Translations under genes and position numbers: made by a program | Shown here: positions 46,518-55,107 of the stretch, piece by piece | Numbering within the stretch: the first letter of the stretch is position 1 | How the letters are laid out: every line of letters starts with the position of its first letter | DNA from: a virus | DNA length: 64,000 nt | Direction: 5' to 3' (one strand) | IMG/VR virus record: IMGVR_UViG_3300025853_000041 | Location: 32,001 to 96,000 of that record | The notes under the pieces: model-generated | Told to the model about the DNA's origin: nothing | What the model saw: the letters and a program-made list of their open reading frames with translations, nothing else | The model's database searches: none

Positions 46518-48134
46518 CTAATTTGTATAATTTGCTACTGTCACATCATCTTTGTTGATAATAGCATAGTTACTTGAAAGTAATGTACAAACAATAGAAA
46601 CTGAACTTTCTAAAGCAATTCTCACTACTTTATAAGGGTCTATAATTCCTGCTTCCATCATTGAGTCAACAAACTCTCTATTTTTAACATCATATCCTGT
46701 TCCTTCAGGTCTTGACTCTATACCTAATTCAATTACTTCAGGTATTAATCCTGCATTTACAATAATTTGTCTAAAAGGTGCTTTAACTACATTTAAGAGA
46801 GTGTTGTATCCAGCTATTAAGTCTTCACTTATTGCTGGCTTAAACTTTTTACCTCTTAAATGATTACTAGCTGCAAGCAATTCAGTACCACCTCCATTGA
46901 TAATTCCTTCTTGAAGAGCTGCTTTAACTGCATATTTACAATCTTCAGCTCTATCAAATAATTCCTTACCTTCTTCTTTAGACATAGCTCCAATTTTAAG
47001 AACAGCTACACCACTAGTGAGTTTTCCTAATCTTTCATTCAAGATATCAACCTCATACTTATTACCTTTAAAGTGCTCAAGCTGAGATTTAATAAATGCT
47101 TCTCTTTCAGCAATAGCTTCTTCTGTTCCAAAACCACCAATAAATGCAGTATCTTTTGCAGTAATTTCAGCTCTTTCCATTTCTCCTAACCAACTTGGGT
47201 CAAAATCTTCAGGTTGAGTATCTTTACTTACCACTTTAGCTCCAAATAGAGCAGCCATGTCATGAAGTCTTTCAACTCTCTTATTACCATAGCCAGGAGA
47301 CTGAACAATTGCAGAAACTACATTACCTTGAATGTGGTTTACTACTAAACCTCTCAGTGCACTGTCTTTTACGTCTTCAGCAACAATAATCAATGGTCTG
47401 TTTTTCTGCCCAGCAGCTTCAACAGCAGCAAATACTTGTTTAAATTGAGATACCACTCCATCAAAAAGTAAAATAAGAGGAGTGTCAAACTCTGTTTTCA
47501 TCCTGGTTTTGTCTGTAACTGAATAAGGAGAAATATATCCCCTATCAAATTGCATACCTTGAATAATATTTTGAGTTGTCTGCATTCCACTACCTTCAGT
47601 AATAGATATTACTCCATTAACACCCAATTCATTATAAATATTTGTAATTGTTTCAGCTAAAACTTCATCTCCATTAGAAGAAATTAATGCAACAGATTTT
47701 AGTTCTTCAGTATTTAATTCCACGTCTTTAGACCTTTCATTAACATACTTTAAAACATCTACCATTGCAATTTTTATCCCTCTAATAAATTCTGCAGGAG
47801 CTACTCCTAGAGCTAATTGTCTTTTCCCTGCATTATACAGAGCTTGAGCAAATACAGTTGCAGTAGTAGTCCCATCACCAGCTAAATTATTAGCTTTTAA
47901 GGCTACATTTTTAACTAATTCTGCACCAATACTTTCAATAGTATTAGGGTCAAAAACAATCTCTTCTGCAACACTTACTCCATCTTTGGTTACAATTATT
48001 TCACCAAATACATTCTTTATTGCAACAGTGTTACCCATAGGACCTAATGTATCTTTAACTGCATTAGCTAAGTCATTTATCCCTCTACTGATTCCTTCTC
48101 TGAAATCATCTTCTTTTACTATTTTTTCTGTCAT
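46518..48134 (-). CDS. groEL: Chaperonin GroEL (phage-encoded)
   Basis: TLGPMG, VTKDGVSVA, AGDGTTTATV, GMQFDRGYISPY, GGG and GIIDPYKV; lacks the GGM tail. Confidence 0.95.
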   Translation of the reverse strand: MTEKIVKEDDFREGISRGINDLANAVKDTLGPMGNTVAIKNVFGEIIVTKDGVSVAEEIVFDPNTIESIGAELVKNVALKANNLAGDGTTTATVFAQALYNAGKRQLALGVAPAEFIRGIKIAMVDVLKYVNERSKDVELNTEELKSVALISSNGDEVLAETITNIYNELGVNGVISITEGSGMQTTQNIIQGMQFDRGYISPYSVTDKTRMKTEFDTPLILLFDGVVSQFKQVFAAVEAAGQKNRPLIIVAEDVKDSALRGLVVNHIQGNVVSAIVQSPGYGNKRVERLHDMAALFGAKVVSKDTQPEDFDPSWLGEMERAEITAKDTAFIGGFGTEEAIAEREAFIKSQLEHFKGNKYEVDILNERLGKLTSGVAVLKIGAMSKEEGKELFDRAEDCKYAVKAALQEGIINGGGTELLAASNHLRGKKFKPAISEDLIAGYNTLLNVVKAPFRQIIVNAGLIPEVIELGIESRPEGTGYDVKNREFVDSMMEAGIIDPYKVVRIALESSVSIVCTLLSSNYAIINKDDVTVANYTN

Positions 48135-48394
48135 AATATTAATAATATACTTTCATAGTTCATCACTATGTATTTTTTACCTTTAATACTCATCTCTTCA
48201 CCATCAAAAAACTTCTTATATTTAATGGTGGGCTTATTTTCTAGTAGAACTCTTGCTTTTTCAGGTACAGCTTCTCCACATTGGATAACTGTACCCTCTA
48301 AAGTGTTTTCTTTATCTTCCTCAGGAACATATACTCCTGATTTTGAGGTTTCATCAGATAATTCTACTAATACATTTTTATGTATTACATTCAT
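48131..48394 (-). CDS. groES: Co-chaperonin GroES
   Basis: VLVE...TSKSGVYVP (mobile loop), GTVIQCG and G.KYIVM..ESIL; ATGA overlap with groEL. Confidence 0.85.
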   Translation of the reverse strand: MNVIHKNVLVELSDETSKSGVYVPEEDKENTLEGTVIQCGEAVPEKARVLLENKPTIKYKKFFDGEEMSIKGKKYIVMNYESILLIL

Positions 48395-48569
48395 CTTTTA
48401 CTATTTTAATTTCTTCTAAAAAAACTTGATTTCTTGAATAGGCTAACTTTAATCCATCTCTTACTCCTTCAGCATATTCTTTTGTTTTTCCCAATATTCT
48501 ATGGGTGAAAACAGGCACATGGTCAAAATACCCTTGAGCCTCTACTGTAATTAGAAAATCTTTATTCAT
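48378..48569 (-). CDS. Hypothetical protein (63 aa; start re-called at 48569)
   Basis: The ATG at 48569 overlaps the end of the upstream gene; the longer 48725 start would overlap it by 164 nt. Confidence 0.55.
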   Translation of the reverse strand: MNKDFLITVEAQGYFDHVPVFTHRILGKTKEYAEGVRDGLKLAYSRNQVFLEEIKIVKDECNT

Positions 48570-48801
48570 CTGATTTTTCTCTACCTTTTTCAAATCCCAT
48601 ATTATACCCATCTGAATAGGTATTCTCTCCTGCTCTTGAATTTGGACAGACAGGTACATTTGGTGTTTCACAGTTATAATCTTTATAACAGTAACCATTA
48701 ATGTACCCATCTTTCCAACCATCACAAAAGGTCTTACCTTCTATGATATACGCCATGAGCAGCATACTTAAAAGTGTTATAATCATAATTCCTATTTTCA
48801 T
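48562..48801 (-). CDS. Small secreted/membrane protein, Cys-rich
   Basis: N-terminal hydrophobic helix, four Cys, and GWxDGYxxGY / YxDGYxxG motifs. Confidence 0.55.
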   Translation of the reverse strand: MKIGIMIITLLSMLLMAYIIEGKTFCDGWKDGYINGYCYKDYNCETPNVPVCPNSRAGENTYSDGYNMGFEKGREKSDE

Positions 48802-48992
48802 AGTTCAATATTTTGGCTTGCTTTCATAGTGACTTCAAAAGTTGTTACATCATTGAAGTTTACAGTCTTTGCTTGTGACCCAACCTCAAGAGATATGCTC
48901 AAATTATGTTTATTCACTAATTCATCAATGTTATGAGAAAGCTTTAATAAAAGCTCTCTAGTTTCTTGTAAAAATTCTTTTGTGTTTTCCAT
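48798..48992 (-). CDS. Hypothetical protein
   Basis: 64-aa ORF with an ATGA overlap downstream. Confidence 0.55.
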   Translation of the reverse strand: MENTKEFLQETRELLLKLSHNIDELVNKHNLSISLEVGSQAKTVNFNDVTTFEVTMKASQNIEL

Positions 48993-48994
48993 AT

Positions 48995-50473
48995 TTATAG
49001 GTTTAAATAATATAATTCTTTTTTTGCTCTACTGCGAGCTACATACTTAAGATTCTGCTCTTGTACCATTTGTTCAGGTGAAGTTGCAAATTTAGATGGA
49101 ATTAAATTTTCATTTAAAATATAAACAATATCAGCCTCCAATCCTTTAGCCTTATGAATAGTACAAAGCATTACTGCCTTGTCTTTCACTTTAAAAAGAT
49201 TTTTCACTTTGTCTAATAAAACCTTAATGATTTCATAATCTGTACTCATATGAGATACCAATGCTTTGAAATTGGTGTAGTTCTCCTTAAAGATATACAT
49301 TTTCATTCTACCATTATCAGATTTATCTTTTTGAAGGTCTTCTAAAACATATTGTAATTCCCTTTTAGTTCCTGAAACAGTATAATTTAAGTAGGGTTTT
49401 AAGAATCTTGTAATTGAAGTTAGAATATCATCACCTTTTATATAAACAGGCATACCAGAGCCAAGAAGCTCAAAGTAGAGCTTAATTATAGGGCTTGTAT
49501 TTCTGCATATTATCATAGATTCTGGCTTTATTTCATTTACATTTTCTACTTTACTTACTATTCCTTTTTCTTCTGTCCCATACTCCATTACATCATATAC
49601 CTCATTTGTTTCATCGATTATGTTTTGAGCACATCTGTAACAAATATCAAGAGGTAATTCTTCTACATCACCCATACTCTTAAACTTATCAAAAGACGAC
49701 GAATAAGCTCCACTGAACCCATAAATTGATTGGTTTCTGTCTCCCACAGCTATCCATTTAATGATAGTGCCTTGGGCAATCAAATTCTCAACGAGTTTAT
49801 GTTGTGCTAAATTCAAGTCCTGAGCTTCATCTACCATTAAATAATATGGTTCAATTGGTATATGAAGATTGTCTCTTGCTGCTAAGTAAATCATGTCATT
49901 GAAGTCAATAACAACAGTTTTCCCTGTATAACTTTCTTCCCTTAATTTTACGAAGTCAGCCCACAAAGATACAATTTTTTCGTGATTGACAAAATTTTTA
50001 TCCATACTTTCCATATGTTTTTTAATTTCGTCAATATCATCGTTTAAAAATAGCCTGGATATGTCGTTCATATCCATAAGAGTATAACTTAATTTAAGCT
50101 TATCTTCCCATCTCATTTTTCTGAAGATACTCTTATGTTTATTCTGTAAAAGTTTCAGAAGTTCAAAATTTTTTCCATTTTTTATTACTACTTTACTCTT
50201 CTTTTTGTAATGATTTCTAATTGCTGAAAGACCTAAAGAATGCATTGTAAGCGATTTTCCTTGATTTAGTTTGTTTTCATCAATCTTGCTTTGAATTTCT
50301 TCCTGCACAGATTTATTAAAAGCTAAAAATAAGGTTCTATACTTACAATACTTTAGCAGCTCAAGTAAGGTTGTGGTCTTACCTGAGCCTGCTACTGCAT
50401 TAATTAAAATGTTCTTATCAGTGTTATTCCAAACATCAAAAATCTTCTGCTGTTTACCACTTGGTTTAAACAT
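48995..50473 (-). CDS. SF1 UvrD/Rep-like helicase
   Basis: AVAGSGKT, VDEAQD, VGDRNQSIYGFSGA, CYRC, TIHKAKGLE and YVARSRAK. Confidence 0.9.
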   Translation of the reverse strand: MFKPSGKQQKIFDVWNNTDKNILINAVAGSGKTTTLLELLKYCKYRTLFLAFNKSVQEEIQSKIDENKLNQGKSLTMHSLGLSAIRNHYKKKSKVVIKNGKNFELLKLLQNKHKSIFRKMRWEDKLKLSYTLMDMNDISRLFLNDDIDEIKKHMESMDKNFVNHEKIVSLWADFVKLREESYTGKTVVIDFNDMIYLAARDNLHIPIEPYYLMVDEAQDLNLAQHKLVENLIAQGTIIKWIAVGDRNQSIYGFSGAYSSSFDKFKSMGDVEELPLDICYRCAQNIIDETNEVYDVMEYGTEEKGIVSKVENVNEIKPESMIICRNTSPIIKLYFELLGSGMPVYIKGDDILTSITRFLKPYLNYTVSGTKRELQYVLEDLQKDKSDNGRMKMYIFKENYTNFKALVSHMSTDYEIIKVLLDKVKNLFKVKDKAVMLCTIHKAKGLEADIVYILNENLIPSKFATSPEQMVQEQNLKYVARSRAKKELYYLNL

Positions 50474-50597
50474 TGTTTTTTGTTTTTATTTGTTTTCTTT
50501 TATATCTATTAGTTTTCTCATTTTTTTGAGGATAGTATTTTAGGTTGTTTAAATCTTCATCTAAATCTAATATACTTTGTGCACAACAAGTTATCAT
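50466..50597 (-). CDS. Micro-ORF, 43 aa (MITCCAQSILDLDEDLNNLKYYPQKNEKTNRYKRKQIKTKNNV)
   Basis: Fills the intergenic gap, has an A-rich leader, and its stop overlaps the helicase start. Confidence 0.45.
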   Translation of the reverse strand: MITCCAQSILDLDEDLNNLKYYPQKNEKTNRYKRKQIKTKNNV

Positions 50598-50614
50598 ATA
50601 TTTTTTCTTTTATA

Positions 50615-51145
50615 TTAATAAGACATAGCACCAAAGATTTCCCAAGCACCATTTCGTTCATTATTTGCTTTCTTATAATCTATCTTAGCCACCATTGTTT
50701 TCTGACCTTCAAGGACTTTAGCTATATGAACAGTCAAGTAATCATCAGGAAATTTCTCTACCCATGCTCTTGCTTTCTTAATAGCAGCTCCCTGTGTTGG
50801 TTCATCTACAACCATCTCTGCATAGTTATTTCTATAACTAGTTGCTCTATATCTGGTGACCCATTTTCTGGTGCCTGTGGCAGGATAGTTTGTTACAACA
50901 GTCTTTATTTTATTAGTATTTGTTGTGGGCTTTCTGATGCATTTTGCTATTGCAGGTTCGTGCTTGTTCATATCATCACACCTATCAAACTCTTTTGCTG
51001 ATACTTCTCTTACTTCTGAGCAATTATTCCATTGCCCATTATATATGTCTTCACCATACTCTTCTCTACATTCATCTTGTAGTTTTTTAAAAGCTTCCTG
51101 TAATGTTCTTCCAGTGATTGTTGCTCTTTTTGTTATTGTTCCCAT
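50615..51145 (-). CDS. Hypothetical phage protein
   Basis: 176-aa ORF (MG...AF..L......EYG.DIYNG motif). Confidence 0.65.
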   Translation of the reverse strand: MGTITKRATITGRTLQEAFKKLQDECREEYGEDIYNGQWNNCSEVREVSAKEFDRCDDMNKHEPAIAKCIRKPTTNTNKIKTVVTNYPATGTRKWVTRYRATSYRNNYAEMVVDEPTQGAAIKKARAWVEKFPDDYLTVHIAKVLEGQKTMVAKIDYKKANNERNGAWEIFGAMSY

Positions 51146-51163
51146 TTCAAAATTTTTTAAATA

Positions 51164-51340
51164 TTAATCTTCTTCTTCTTTTTCGAGCCACAACTCTACT
51201 TTAACAGGAGTACCATTCTCATCTACTGGTATCCATGTGTTCCATAAGCCACCTCTTTCATTATGGAAAGAGGTAGCCATATCTTCTAAATCTTCTTCTG
51301 AGAAATAGATTTTTACTGTTTTTATGTTATCTTTTGGCAT
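51164..51340 (-). CDS. Small acidic protein, 58 aa (MPKDNIKTVKIYFSEEDLEDMA...LEKEEED)
   Basis: ATG 2 nt after the dNMP kinase stop; open to TAA at 51164; below the length cutoff of the ORF track. Confidence 0.65.
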   Translation of the reverse strand: MPKDNIKTVKIYFSEEDLEDMATSFHNERGGLWNTWIPVDENGTPVKVELWLEKEEED

Positions 51341-51342
51341 AT

Positions 51343-52149
51343 TTAAACTATTAATGGCAGGATATTTATAACTTCATCCAAAAGTTTATCAAGCCCAAAT
51401 TCACAATTGATTACTACATCAAACTCAGCATCATCTAAAGCTGTTTCAGATGGGTGGTCTCCAGTGTCTTCCTTTCCAATTAGGTTTACTCTAATTGTCA
51501 AACCACCTTTTTCCTTTACAGCAGCTAACTCATTTGGAAATCTCATATCTGTAATAAGCCAATTAGGATATTCTTTTCGTTGTTGTATATCAGGAGCAAA
51601 GCCAACAGGGTATTTAGCTTTATTTTCTTCTGATATAGGTTCTATAATTATCTCAGGATGATAATCAGCAAATAAAGCATAAACCCAAACATTAGGGTGA
51701 ATTATCTGTCTTCCACATTCAGTACCAAGTAATTGTAATAATAATCTTGGAGTCAATCTTCTTTCCTGCAATCCAATACCTCTTAATCTATTATCCTCTT
51801 CATAATCAAGAGCATCATTTTCTGTAAGAAATATTTTATTATGAGTATGCCAAACATCTTCATATTCAGTTTCATAGAGAAGGTCATATACTGTCCATTC
51901 TGGTCCTAACTCTTTATTCTTGAAGTCTCTATCTTCAAAATCTTCTTCTTCACATCCAAGTAATATTGCAGCAATTTGCTTTAATTTACCACCAAATTTT
52001 TTGATTCGAAAACTTCCAGTATCTATATAGTTAGAAAATCTATCAACACTAGGTACTCTTTTTTCCCACAGTAAATATTGAATCATTAAAGCTACTGTAT
52101 CTTTTCCTGAGCCCATTTTACCTGATAGTCCTATTAAATTGTGTTTCAT
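51343..52149 (-). CDS. Deoxynucleoside monophosphate kinase (T4 gp1-like)
   Basis: GLSGKMGSGKDT, TPRLLLQLLGTECGR, ITDMRFPNE and HPSET. Confidence 0.9.
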   Translation of the reverse strand: MKHNLIGLSGKMGSGKDTVALMIQYLLWEKRVPSVDRFSNYIDTGSFRIKKFGGKLKQIAAILLGCEEEDFEDRDFKNKELGPEWTVYDLLYETEYEDVWHTHNKIFLTENDALDYEEDNRLRGIGLQERRLTPRLLLQLLGTECGRQIIHPNVWVYALFADYHPEIIIEPISEENKAKYPVGFAPDIQQRKEYPNWLITDMRFPNELAAVKEKGGLTIRVNLIGKEDTGDHPSETALDDAEFDVVINCEFGLDKLLDEVINILPLIV

Positions 52150-53273
52150 AATATCCCTTTTAAATAATCTATTCGTATTGGTTCTACTGAATCTTCTATT
52201 TGAATATCAGTATGAAAACCTTGTTTTTGATAATGTACATATTCCGTTATGAGTTGTTTCCACCCTTTTTGTGCAGGATAGAATAGAGTCCTATCAGAAT
52301 CAGAAGCTTTGAAGGTCCCAGCAGGACTGCCATTAGCTCCATGATAAAGAGAACTGTGTGTTAATTCAAACACTAATGGAGTTCCAATATTTGTAGTTGA
52401 TTCTACAATAAATTGAAATGGTTGTAATATCTCATCTCTATTAGTAACTGGTATGTCAAAATACTCACATAGAGCATAAGAATACCAAGAAGCTTGGATG
52501 TCATATCTATGCATTCTAATTTTACTAATGAATTGAAGAGTATTTCCATTCATAGTTTTAAGGTCAATAGGTTGTATTTTAACAATGTTTCCACTACTGT
52601 CTTTAAATACAATTACTAAATCCATTAAAGCCTTACACTCTATACCTCTATAAGTAAAGTACATAGGAAGTTGGTAATAGAAATCGATATTTTCAATTTC
52701 TGCTTGTTCTTCTCTATTAAAATATTTTGCTGTTCTGAAATTTGTTTTAAGAGATGTTACAATATTTTGAATATTGTCATACATATCTGCAGAAATAATC
52801 TCTTTTCCAAAAGCTCTTTTCTTATCCTCAAAATAAGCTACTCCTGCTTCAATAAGTTTTGCTACTCTGGTTTCAGCTTTCCACCTCATTTGCCATTCCA
52901 TTGCATTTGCTGCTTCAAGAATCCATTCTTCACAATCTTCAAAATTAAGATTCAAACTGCCTTCAGCTTCTGCTAAAACAAAGACATAATCTACTATTTT
53001 CATTTCAACCTCAGTAGGTTTTTTATCTAATTGAGAAACATAGTATTTATCTTCAAATACTCCTTCTTCTCCTGTTAGAATACAGTCAACTGCTCCACCT
53101 ATTAAAAAATAATCAGGTGTTGGACCATTCTCTTCTTCTTGTTTATTTCTTTTTGCTATCGATATCATCAAACTGTCCAAACCACCTTGTAGTTCTTTCA
53201 GTGTTGATTGATTAATAGCAGGAGATGCAAAATATTTGTCAATCTCTACTTGTGGTGTTATTATTAATCCCAT
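52146..53273 (-). CDS. PD-(D/E)XK exonuclease (RecE/exonuclease VIII-like)
   Basis: YF...AINQSTLK, IGGAVDC, CKALMDLV, IDLKT and YDIQASWY. Confidence 0.75.
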   Translation of the reverse strand: MGLIITPQVEIDKYFASPAINQSTLKELQGGLDSLMISIAKRNKQEEENGPTPDYFLIGGAVDCILTGEEGVFEDKYYVSQLDKKPTEVEMKIVDYVFVLAEAEGSLNLNFEDCEEWILEAANAMEWQMRWKAETRVAKLIEAGVAYFEDKKRAFGKEIISADMYDNIQNIVTSLKTNFRTAKYFNREEQAEIENIDFYYQLPMYFTYRGIECKALMDLVIVFKDSSGNIVKIQPIDLKTMNGNTLQFISKIRMHRYDIQASWYSYALCEYFDIPVTNRDEILQPFQFIVESTTNIGTPLVFELTHSSLYHGANGSPAGTFKASDSDRTLFYPAQKGWKQLITEYVHYQKQGFHTDIQIEDSVEPIRIDYLKGIL

Positions 53274-53388
53274 CTTTCTTTTTGTTTTTTGTTAATTTTT
53301 CATCTCTAATATAGACTTCACACTCATCATTTGAGCAATATTTCTGTATTGTGGGCTCTCCACAAAGATGACATCTTCTTACTCCCAT
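53239..53388 (-). CDS. Micro zinc-finger protein, 49 aa (MGVRRCHLCGEPTIQKYCSNDEC...)
   Basis: CxxC-x8-CxxxxC motif with a basic tail; its ATG overlaps the end of the resolvase gene and it fills the gap before the exonuclease. Confidence 0.6.
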   Translation of the reverse strand: MGVRRCHLCGEPTIQKYCSNDECEVYIRDEKLTKNKKKDGINNNTTSRD

Positions 53389-53942
53389 GTTCTTGCTTTT
53401 ACTAATTCTTTAAATTTTTCAAAACTCATTGCTATGAGAGAAGCTCCCTCATTACTTCGGAACATCATCATATTTTCAGGACTCTCTTCTAAAATTTCTT
53501 TAAATGACCATCCTCTTTTTTGTCCTTCTTTAGTGGGTAAACCTATTACATCCTTCATTCCACCAGGGAATAGTTTTCTAAAATCTTTAGTCCACATAAA
53601 AACTAGCTCATCATACTCATCTTTTTTCCTCCCTCTTCCAGTGTCTTTTTTATGTATGAGTATATCTGGCTGTTTGTGGATAGCATCATAAGGAGGAAAT
53701 AACTCTGGTAACCTCTCTCTAATAATTGCTAAAGTTTTAAACTCATTTAAACCTTTTGCGTAACCTGCTTTGATTTGTACATTAAAAGGTAAAAAGTTGA
53801 GGTCAATCCCAGCATCATCTAACATCCTATTTGATTGTCTGGAGGTCTTACAGAAGGTAAAACCAAGGTCTTCTCTGAAAACCTTGGCATAATACCTCTC
53901 TGCATTTGAACCTTTTCTCTTATTGGCTGCTCCCTTGCCCAT
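53379..53942 (-). CDS. Holliday junction resolvase-like PD-(D/E)XK protein
   Basis: KRKGSNAER...TSR..DDAGIDL...NVQIK. Confidence 0.7.
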   Translation of the reverse strand: MGKGAANKRKGSNAERYYAKVFREDLGFTFCKTSRQSNRMLDDAGIDLNFLPFNVQIKAGYAKGLNEFKTLAIIRERLPELFPPYDAIHKQPDILIHKKDTGRGRKKDEYDELVFMWTKDFRKLFPGGMKDVIGLPTKEGQKRGWSFKEILEESPENMMMFRSNEGASLIAMSFEKFKELVKARTWE

Positions 53943-55107
53943 ATTGTTTCTTTAAGGCTAAGCAGGCTTTAATATCATCCATTCTGTCTAAAATTCTACT
54001 ACGACTTAGTTCAGGAATGGCTGGTAAATTAAGTTTGTAAGCAGCAGATTCTTCTGATGCTACTTCGCCAACATAAGAAATCATGTCAATGAAGTTATCT
54101 TCAAATCCACTATCTATGTCCTCATCAATGATTTTTCCACCTTCATCAAAAGCTACAACAGAGACAGGATAATAAGCACAAACTCTCATTTTTCCATAAC
54201 TATCTCTTGGTGGAACAGCTACAACATCACTTGGATTCACAAGAACTCTAAGTCCAGTGTCTCCAAAATAGTTACTTTGTAACCAACCTTTACCTGCAAC
54301 ATGTAATCCACGACTACAAGTTACATCAGAGTCAGAATTACATCTTTCTCTTGGCATTGTAACAGGTTCTCCAATTCTGATTCTGAATTTACCAGTGTAA
54401 CCATCAGTATAAACAGGTGCTGTTCCTACTTCAGATAACCTATTATACAAATTGTATAAAATACCTTTTGTTTCTATCAAATTCTTTTCTGAAGTAGAAC
54501 AAGCCATCTCACCATTATTGTCAATACCTATATAAAAGTTTTTAGGGCTCTTTTTTAGTTTATGGCGTACTCTTGTGAATTGTTCACTGATAAATCTTAC
54601 CCAAGAAGAGTCTAAATCTGTCCCTTCTTGATGAAGAACAACATTTCTGTATGCTACAAATAAGCCTGAGCTTGAAATTGACATACCATACCTGTTTAAA
54701 AACCAGAATAAATTCTGTCGTGCTTCTCTATTTGTGTTTAATGAACACAAAGTCCAGAAGTTCAAATAAGAAGATAATAGTTCAATTTCATCATTCTGTT
54801 CAGCATTCCAAATAGCCTTAGCTAAATCTTGAGGTACACTTAATTCAGAAATAGATGAGATATAAAAACTCTCATTTCTTACGCTAATATATTCAGATTT
54901 GTTGAAACTGTTCAACATTTCTTGTAATTCTTCTCCTTCTTTTATTAAGATTGAGTACTGAGGTGCAAGAATATTTCTTACAGATTCAGGGTGATACTGA
55001 TTTGAGACTACTAAGTCATAAAGCTCATCAGTACATTCATTGTTTGATAAAATTGTTCCATCTTCAAGAACAACTGTCAAATTCGATTTAATTCGTGTTA
55101 TTTTCAT
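53920..55107 (-). CDS. rIIB: rIIB-like protein
   Basis: LFWFL, GLFVAYRNV, IGEPVTMPR, CSRGLHV and VNPSDVVAVP...KMRVCAY; follows rIIA. Confidence 0.85.
   Translation of the reverse strand: MKITRIKSNLTVVLEDGTILSNNECTDELYDLVVSNQYHPESVRNILAPQYSILIKEGEELQEMLNSFNKSEYISVRNESFYISSISELSVPQDLAKAIWNAEQNDEIELLSSYLNFWTLCSLNTNREARQNLFWFLNRYGMSISSSGLFVAYRNVVLHQEGTDLDSSWVRFISEQFTRVRHKLKKSPKNFYIGIDNNGEMACSTSEKNLIETKGILYNLYNRLSEVGTAPVYTDGYTGKFRIRIGEPVTMPRERCNSDSDVTCSRGLHVAGKGWLQSNYFGDTGLRVLVNPSDVVAVPPRDSYGKMRVCAYYPVSVVAFDEGGKIIDEDIDSGFEDNFIDMISYVGEVASEESAAYKLNLPAIPELSRSRILDRMDDIKACLALKKQYGQGSSQ

Noticed and set aside
48570-48725. N-terminal extension of ORF 48378-48725 given in the track
   Set aside because: It overlaps the 79-aa gene extensively; the ATG at 48569 gives a normal short overlap.
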